This document shows, one piece after another, positions 57,802 to 64,000 of a DNA stretch of 64,000 nucleotides. A model generated the notes under the pieces. It was not told the origin of the DNA, did not search any database, and worked only from the letters and a program-made list of their open reading frames with translations. Each line of letters starts with the position of its first letter. Within the stretch, counting starts at the first letter, position 1. A program made the translations under genes and the position numbers. This stretch comes from a virus (Duplodnaviria > Caudoviricetes), in the IMG/VR virus record IMGVR_UViG_3300033121_001938, positions 902-64,901 of that record; one strand, 5' to 3'.

Positions 57802-59505
57802 TTAATTTATTTTTATTTTACCTATTCCACCAACTAATATACCTGTTCTACCACTAACAATCATTGTTGGTAATATTATATTGTTTCCTACTTCTGTAAA
57901 TTCATAATAACCTATATCAGGGGATGAACCATTAAAAGGTAAACCAACATTTATTCCTGCATTTATTAAAGGAGAACTAGATTGTAATGTATAATCATTA
58001 CTACCTGTATTTGTAAATAAAGGATTTATATTTAAATTATTATTATAAGTATAATTTGTTGGATTACCTGCAGGCCAATCAGGAATATTTCCATTTCCAC
58101 ATAAATAAACATCATTATGGGTTACAATACAATTATTTATATGAGTATTAGTTGTACTTCCTCTTAACCAAGCTCCTGTTAATCCTTTAATTATATTGTT
58201 TCTTATATATATACCTTGTCCATCTCCTCCTGCAGCAGACATAGATGACAAATCTATTCCTGTATCTATAGGGTCTGAAGAATCTGCTATCATAGTATTA
58301 TTATAGATTTGCATATTATTTATTTTAGGATCATCAGTTCCTTCACTAATTACTCCTATAAAAAATCTATTTCCAATACCAGATCCATTATAAAAATTAT
58401 AAAAAACATTATTTCTAATAATATTATCAGTCAAGTAACTAAAACCTCCTGACGGCATGCTTCCCATATTATCTCTATCATTTCCTCCGTTTGTTGGGGT
58501 TCTAGTATTAAAAGAAACACCAGAAGTTTTATTAGCAAAAACATTATCTTCTATAATAGCAGTTTCAGTTCTGAATTCTAGAATAATTGATCCTTCTACT
58601 TTTGTATTTTGAACATTATGTACAATATTATTATCATGTATCCAAACACTATAGGGGTAACTACCAGTATAATTATAATTTAAATCAATACTTCCTTGAA
58701 TATTATTTCCATATATCTCTAAACCTCTTATTGAAAATAATTCAATTGCAAAATCCCAATCTCCATTTTCTCCAGGATATGTTCCTGCATATGCTTTTTT
58801 TATTAAATTATTATTATAAATTTTACAACCATCATTAAATCCTTGATTCCAATATTTAATAGGCCATCCATTTTTAAAATTAGCTCTTTGATCTTGTCTA
58901 ATCATATTATCATGTATAGTCATTCCATCTTGAAATCCAAACATAATGGCTCCTTGACCTGTACCATTATACATTGCAGAACAATTAGAAATACTACAAC
59001 TATAAACTGAATTGCCTGTTGCTTTTGTATAACCAATATCACCACCAGGATTATATGTAGTAATACCATTAAAAATAATAGCAGTTTGTTTCCAAGCATT
59101 AAAACTACAATCATGTATTGTAACATTACTTCTACCTGTAACCCAAATAGCAACCCAAGTTTTTACATTTGCTTCAGAAACATATCCTCCGCTAATAGAT
59201 AAACCTGAAATACTTTGGTTTCCATTTGTACCTTCTGCACTATCAAGACTAAGAAAATTACTCCAAGTACCTGTTTGAGTACTATTTATAATTGTTGAAC
59301 CTGTTCCTTCTCCTTCAATACTTACTCCTACTTGTAAATTACATTGAGTAGAAACTGTATGGGTTCCTGCTACTACATGAATTATATCACCACTTGTTGT
59401 TGCATTAGCAGTAGCATATGCTAACGTAGCCCATGCTCCACCTGGTGAATTTACTAATCCATTGTTTGCGTTATTTCCATCTGTTCTAACGTAATAAGTT
59501 GCCAT
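57802..59505 (-). CDS. Right-handed beta-helix (pectate-lyase-like) protein, candidate depolymerase
   Basis: YYVRTDGNNANNG...WATL...GDIIHVVAG, repeated I.NN.I motifs, and C-term NPLF...DYTLQSSSPLINAG...DIGYYE; start at 59505 (TAATG overlap). Confidence 0.75.
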   Translation of the reverse strand: MATYYVRTDGNNANNGLVNSPGGAWATLAYATANATTSGDIIHVVAGTHTVSTQCNLQVGVSIEGEGTGSTIINSTQTGTWSNFLSLDSAEGTNGNQSISGLSISGGYVSEANVKTWVAIWVTGRSNVTIHDCSFNAWKQTAIIFNGITTYNPGGDIGYTKATGNSVYSCSISNCSAMYNGTGQGAIMFGFQDGMTIHDNMIRQDQRANFKNGWPIKYWNQGFNDGCKIYNNNLIKKAYAGTYPGENGDWDFAIELFSIRGLEIYGNNIQGSIDLNYNYTGSYPYSVWIHDNNIVHNVQNTKVEGSIILEFRTETAIIEDNVFANKTSGVSFNTRTPTNGGNDRDNMGSMPSGGFSYLTDNIIRNNVFYNFYNGSGIGNRFFIGVISEGTDDPKINNMQIYNNTMIADSSDPIDTGIDLSSMSAAGGDGQGIYIRNNIIKGLTGAWLRGSTTNTHINNCIVTHNDVYLCGNGNIPDWPAGNPTNYTYNNNLNINPLFTNTGSNDYTLQSSSPLINAGINVGLPFNGSSPDIGYYEFTEVGNNIILPTMIVSGRTGILVGGIGKIKIN

Positions 59506-61844
59506 TATGATTCTCCATTTAAAATTGCTATCCAAAAAGTATTTCCTGTAAAAGAAGTACTACTATTTGAATTTATTACAAAACTTCCAGAATCTTTATT
59601 TTGAATTGTAAATGTTCTTAAAGCTTCACTTGTTATAGAAATAGAATAATTATTATTTATAAAAGGAGTAGTAAAAGAAATAACTGAAGAAGTTAATGGA
59701 GTTCCTCCAAAAGATGAACTAGCAATTATCCCTGATTTTGTTTTTAAACTTCCTATTAAATAAGATGAAGTTGTAGCAAAACTTGCACTTGTGGAATTAA
59801 TAATACTACCAGACCAGTAGCTTGCAGTTGATGTAAAACTAGAACTAACAGAATTTATAATTGAACCAGACCAATAACTAGCAGTAGTAGCATAAGATGC
59901 ACTTGTTGCGTTTGAAATTGAACCAGAAAAATATGAAGCTGTAGCAGCAAATGAGGCACTTGTAACAAATCCTTCTAAGTAAGAAGCTGTTATAGCATAT
60001 GAAGCAGTAATTGCGTTTGATATACTTCCTGAGAAATATGATGCTGTTTGAGCATTTTTTACCCAAGAGGCTGTAAAAGCATATGAAGCAGTAGTAGTAT
60101 AGGATGCAGTACCTAAAAAACTACCAGTAAAAGAACCAGTAAAAGAGGAACCTGTTATACTACCATTAGCTCTTAATGAACCTGAAAAATTATGTAGACT
60201 AGCTTTATATTCAACTTCTCCGTCTGTTATAAGAATTCTACTACCAAATCCATATAATTCAAGTGGTATATCATTTCCATTATGTCCTACAAAAATATTA
60301 TTATTTTCTACCCCTATTAAATTTATAGGAAATCCAAAAGGAGCAACATTTTGAATATATCTGCTTTGAGTTAAAATAATATTAGTAGTAGTAGTATTAC
60401 CAATATTTGTTACTTGTTGTAAGGAAGGAGTTGGAGCAAATGAAGCACTTATAGCATAAGAAGAACTAATAGCATTACTTATACTACCAGAAAAATAAGA
60501 TGCTGTTTGAGCATTTTCAACCCATGAAGCTGTAGAGGCATATGATGCACTTGTTGCATTAGATATACTACCAGAAAAGTATGATGCCGTTTCTGAAAAA
60601 GATGAACTTATTGAATATAAAGAATAAGATGAAGTACCATATAATGAACCTGTTATTCCATTGGTTACATCTAATGAACTGCTAAAAATAATAGAATTCT
60701 GATTGAATAATGCTAAATCACTTCTTGTAAGAAAAGTTCCATTTCCTATTATAAATAATGAACTTGTATTATTTTGTTTATTATATTTTCCTATTACCAA
60801 TTGATAAGACCCTGATGCTATAGTTTCTATACCTTCAGTATGTGAATTTTGACCTAAAGCAATAGTACTTATCCCTTCAGCATGTGAATTAATACCAATA
60901 GCTATAGTTCCGTTCCCTTCAGCATGTGAATTATCACCTGATGCTGTAGTTCCGTTTCCTTCAGCATGTGACCCAAAACCATTAGCAATAGTAGCAACTC
61001 CTTCAGCATGTGAATATGAACCTGAAGTCACTGAATTTCTTCCTTCAGCGTGTGAATCATTTCCATAAGTTTTAGTTCCTTCCCCTTCAGCATGTGATCT
61101 AATTCCTATAGCTTGTGTATTATATCCTTCAGCATGTGACCATGTTCCTATAGCTTGAGTATTAAGTCCTTCAGCATGTCCATAGTCCCATGATATAGTA
61201 CCATCCCCTTCAGCATGTGATCCATCTCCCATAGCAATACTACCTATACCTTCAGTATGGCAATTTGAACCTGATGCTATTGTTACATTTCCTTCAGCAT
61301 GTGAATTATCACCTGATGCTACTGTTGATAACCCATGAGAAATTCCTCTACTAGATGATATATTTAATAATACAGACCCTGAATAAATTACTCTAAATAT
61401 ATTATTAGGATTAGTATCTACACTAGCAGTTACACTACCTGTTGATATTCTTGATAAATTTAAACCTACTACTCCAGAAGCTGAAATATAAGAAGCAGTT
61501 TCAGCATGTGATGCACTTAATATAGAACCTGATTGGATTAATGTTACATCAAATGATGTACCATCTCCTTTAAAAAATGTTATTGTATGATTTACAGATG
61601 AAGCTGTAATTATTCCTTTAAGAGAAAAAGATGAGGTAGATGAATATGAAGATGTTAAAGCATATGAAGAAGATAAAGTAGAAGATCCTATTATTATTAT
61701 TTCTTCTCCACTTGAACCTGATTTTTTCATGTAAGCTACACCATCATATGTATTTAATGCTATTTCACCTAATTCTAATGATGCTGTAGTAGGAATTCTT
61801 CCAGGAACAGAACTACGACGTAGTTTAAGGTATTGATTTGACAT
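59505..61844 (-). CDS. Tail fibre/adhesin with 12 SHAEG (YadA-head-like) repeats
   Basis: N-term LKLRRS..G..P...LELGEIALNT.DG; 14-aa HAEG repeats; Ser/Thr repeats. Confidence 0.75.
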   Translation of the reverse strand: MSNQYLKLRRSSVPGRIPTTASLELGEIALNTYDGVAYMKKSGSSGEEIIIIGSSTLSSSYALTSSYSSTSSFSLKGIITASSVNHTITFFKGDGTSFDVTLIQSGSILSASHAETASYISASGVVGLNLSRISTGSVTASVDTNPNNIFRVIYSGSVLLNISSSRGISHGLSTVASGDNSHAEGNVTIASGSNCHTEGIGSIAMGDGSHAEGDGTISWDYGHAEGLNTQAIGTWSHAEGYNTQAIGIRSHAEGEGTKTYGNDSHAEGRNSVTSGSYSHAEGVATIANGFGSHAEGNGTTASGDNSHAEGNGTIAIGINSHAEGISTIALGQNSHTEGIETIASGSYQLVIGKYNKQNNTSSLFIIGNGTFLTRSDLALFNQNSIIFSSSLDVTNGITGSLYGTSSYSLYSISSSFSETASYFSGSISNATSASYASTASWVENAQTASYFSGSISNAISSSYAISASFAPTPSLQQVTNIGNTTTTNIILTQSRYIQNVAPFGFPINLIGVENNNIFVGHNGNDIPLELYGFGSRILITDGEVEYKASLHNFSGSLRANGSITGSSFTGSFTGSFLGTASYTTTASYAFTASWVKNAQTASYFSGSISNAITASYAITASYLEGFVTSASFAATASYFSGSISNATSASYATTASYWSGSIINSVSSSFTSTASYWSGSIINSTSASFATTSSYLIGSLKTKSGIIASSSFGGTPLTSSVISFTTPFINNNYSISITSEALRTFTIQNKDSGSFVINSNSSTSFTGNTFWIAILNGES
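60830..61320. repeat. Coding tandem repeat of about 42-bp period (12 x H[A/T]EG units)
   Basis: Recurrent CCTTCAGCATGTGA core. Confidence 0.85.
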
Positions 61845-61900
61845 TTATTATTAATTAGTATATACTAAAATTATATTTGCTATATAGCTAATAATAAATA

Positions 61901-62119
61901 TTAATAATCTCCTAAATCTATAGTATCTGCACTTCCACTATCTCCAAACGTATCAAAACCTTTAATTGTTAATGAACCAGAAATATTAGAAATTGGAGCT
62001 ATTTCTGTTGAACCAGATATTATTAAAGATGGATTACCGCTTCCACTTATTGTCAATTGTTGAATAATAGAGTTGTATTGTAAATTTGATAATATTTGTT
62101 TTAATTTTATTTTTGACAT
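61901..62119 (-). CDS. small structural-region hypothetical protein
   Basis: Packed ORF ending DTIDLGDY. Confidence 0.55.
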   Translation of the reverse strand: MSKIKLKQILSNLQYNSIIQQLTISGSGNPSLIISGSTEIAPISNISGSLTIKGFDTFGDSGSADTIDLGDY

Positions 62120-62128
62120 AAAATAATT

Positions 62129-64000
62129 TTAATATAAAGGGGCTAAAAAACCTGCTCCTGTTTTATAATTTAAAGTTGTATTTGAACCTGAAATATTATA
62201 TGAATGTCCGTCTATTTTTAATGCATTTTTTTGTAATAATCTTATAGCTTTTTCTTGGTTTAAAGAAGGATATTTTTGTTTATAAATAGCTAAAAAACCT
62301 GATACCATAAATGCAGCCTGTGATGTACCTCCTAAAAAAGTTTCAGCATGACCTCCATCAATAAAAGTTATTGTTACTTGAGGATTCCCATTGGTTGTAA
62401 TATGAGATCCAAAAGGAGTAGTATCAGTATGGTTATATGATAAAGCATTTACTGCTATTGCTCCTGAAACATTTGCTGGATGAGCAATATATTGACTATT
62501 GTCATTTCCTGATGCACATACTACAATAATTCCTGCATTTATTGCTGATCTTATTGCATTATCTAATCCTGATCCCATATTTAAACTAATATTAATTATA
62601 TGGATTCCATTTTCTATACAATAATTTATAGCATTTATTACTGCTGCTGTTCCTCCATCTAAGACATTCATAGAATATAATTGAGCTCCATGGCATATTC
62701 CATATGTTACAGGAAGAGAACCTGTAAATGCACTATATATTTGACCCATTATATTACATGCTTTTCCTCCATGATTATATAAATCATCGGGTCCAAATCC
62801 AGTATAATCCTGTCGTATTAAAGTAGGAGTTATTGATACTGCTGATAAATTAGCTCCTGTATCTAATATAGCTACTTTAACTCCATTTCCATTAAATCCT
62901 GATAGATGAGCCTCTTTTATTTTTAAATAATCATTAACTGGAACTCCAATATTTGGAGCAATTAAATCAGGATGTCCTCTAAAAGACATTGTTGGAGGAT
63001 TATATAATAATGCTTTATTTTTATTTTCAGGGATATAATTTTCTTTAATATTTAATCCTTTACTAATAAGTAATTGATATTCTTCTTTAGTTAATTCTAT
63101 TATAATAGTAGATACATGGTTAAAATGAAAATGAATAACATATTTATCTAATCCTAAATCATAAGAAGCAGTATGAAAATTATTTAATATTAACCAACCA
63201 TTTATATCAGATAAAAATGTCGCTCTACTTGTTTTATCTAAAAATACTTCCTCTGATAAAAATTGACTTCCACTAGAATAAGAAAGAGAAGTATGTAGTA
63301 TACCAGGGGCTCCTATTCCTAAATGTGATTCTATACTAGAACCTGTTGTATATACTTCTGAATAATTTGATATTAATGTTGGGAAATTTGTTATACTTCC
63401 ACTTATACGTGAAAACATATATCTGTTTGATATAGAAGAAGTAATAAATTTTCCTATTGCTACTATTTCATCATCATCTTCAAGAGTAAATTTTAGACTA
63501 CTTGTATTAAAAACAGTTAAAATACTATCTCCTATTTCATTTAATGATACTATAGAAGAAGGTAAATATTGACCATTGATATAAAAAGTAAAATTGTTTA
63601 CTGAAGTTGAAGGTAAACTTGAACCAGATGATGGTTGTAATAGATTTACTCCTTGGAAAATTGCAGAATCTCCGTTATATATAATAGAAGCTATTTTAGT
63701 AATATTTGTATTTAAATATTCTGAATCTAATGAAGTTGATGACCCACTTATATTATATATATTAGTAGTATTATTATGAATATTTGTTCCTCCTCCTATA
63801 AATGAAGTAGCAGCCATTGTATTATTTGCAGGTGATTTATTTACAAATTTCATTTGATCTATTCCTCCTGATTGACCATTATTATCTATTACTTCTAAAT
63901 CAAATATTATTTGAGATTTTGTATAATATTTACTTTTAGCAACACCTAAATCTTTATGAATGTTATCAGGGATAATATATCCATTTAATTTAATATTAAA
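62129..64000 (-). CDS. 3' part of a neck/tail-completion-like protein fused to a C-terminal subtilisin (S8) peptidase
   Basis: Frame stays open from 63853 to the window edge (FNIKLNGYIIPD...GGIDQ-MKFV). Protease motifs VAILDTG, NHG, ASGND and GGTSQA. Confidence 0.8.
   Translation of the reverse strand, partial: FNIKLNGYIIPDNIHKDLGVAKSKYYTKSQIIFDLEVIDNNGQSGGIDQMKFVNKSPANNTMAATSFIGGGTNIHNNTTNIYNISGSSTSLDSEYLNTNITKIASIIYNGDSAIFQGVNLLQPSSGSSLPSTSVNNFTFYINGQYLPSSIVSLNEIGDSILTVFNTSSLKFTLEDDDEIVAIGKFITSSISNRYMFSRISGSITNFPTLISNYSEVYTTGSSIESHLGIGAPGILHTSLSYSSGSQFLSEEVFLDKTSRATFLSDINGWLILNNFHTASYDLGLDKYVIHFHFNHVSTIIIELTKEEYQLLISKGLNIKENYIPENKNKALLYNPPTMSFRGHPDLIAPNIGVPVNDYLKIKEAHLSGFNGNGVKVAILDTGANLSAVSITPTLIRQDYTGFGPDDLYNHGGKACNIMGQIYSAFTGSLPVTYGICHGAQLYSMNVLDGGTAAVINAINYCIENGIHIINISLNMGSGLDNAIRSAINAGIIVVCASGNDNSQYIAHPANVSGAIAVNALSYNHTDTTPFGSHITTNGNPQVTITFIDGGHAETFLGGTSQAAFMVSGFLAIYKQKYPSLNQEKAIRLLQKNALKIDGHSYNISGSNTTLNYKTGAGFLAPLY

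Noticed and set aside
55014-61844. CRISPR array or diversity-generating retroelement in the repeats
   Set aside because: Repeats are in-frame coding units without unique spacers; there is no reverse transcriptase and no adenine-specific TR/VR pair was seen
1597-63779. All plus-strand ORFs in the track, and minus-strand 58920-59153 and 59878-60066
   Set aside because: Short shadows of well-supported genes, with no motifs and biased composition
1-64000. Alternative genetic code (stop-codon reassignment)
   Set aside because: Long conserved genes are uninterrupted under code 11, and TAA, TAG and TGA all end genes at plausible positions
1-64000. Prophage or host chromosomal segment (groEL, folE, thyA, sugar genes look bacterial)
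   Set aside because: These genes are interleaved with T4-like replisome and tail genes in a single-strand compact layout, with no integrase or host housekeeping context

Overview
64 kb of a very AT-rich, lytic, T4-like (contractile-tailed) large phage genome. Every credible gene is on the minus strand. No integrase, CRISPR array, reverse transcriptase or rRNA is seen. The host is probably Bacteroidota: six sites match TTTG-N20-TATATT(n)A/T, and start codons are preceded by A-rich leaders without Shine-Dalgarno sequences. Layout by coordinate: (1) 1-10.9 kb, sugar-nucleotide/glycosyltransferase cluster (HAD phosphatase, GatZ/KbaZ-like, AroE-like, cupin-nucleotidyltransferase-kinase fusion, GDP-mannose 3,5-epimerase-like, Nudix, GTs); (2) 11-24 kb, recombination and replication genes (Cas4-like nuclease, thyA, clamp loader, GroEL/GroES, clamp, PolB, dUTPase/dcd); (3) 24-31.4 kb, dispersed 7-deazaguanine pathway (folE, queE, queC, dpdA-like, queD) interleaved with an Acb1-like 2H phosphoesterase and a homing-endonuclease cassette; (4) 32.6-41.3 kb, class II RNR, thioredoxin, helicase, 5' nuclease, RecA/UvsX, SSB and a minimal PolA; (5) 41.3-64 kb, baseplate, tape measure, tail chaperone, tube, sheath and fibres. 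The most notable observations missed by the ORF track are these. A stranded queE 5' remnant marks a ~1.5 kb GIY-YIG cassette that re-supplies a diverged queE. A candidate +1/-2 frameshift follows the tail chaperone gene. A subtilisin is fused in frame to a neck/tail-completion-like protein. The DpdA-like protein appears to lack its catalytic S-x-D-T-S segment. A hairpin holds the late-promoter motif over an endonuclease start codon. All assignments come from motif recognition by eye; no database searches were run.
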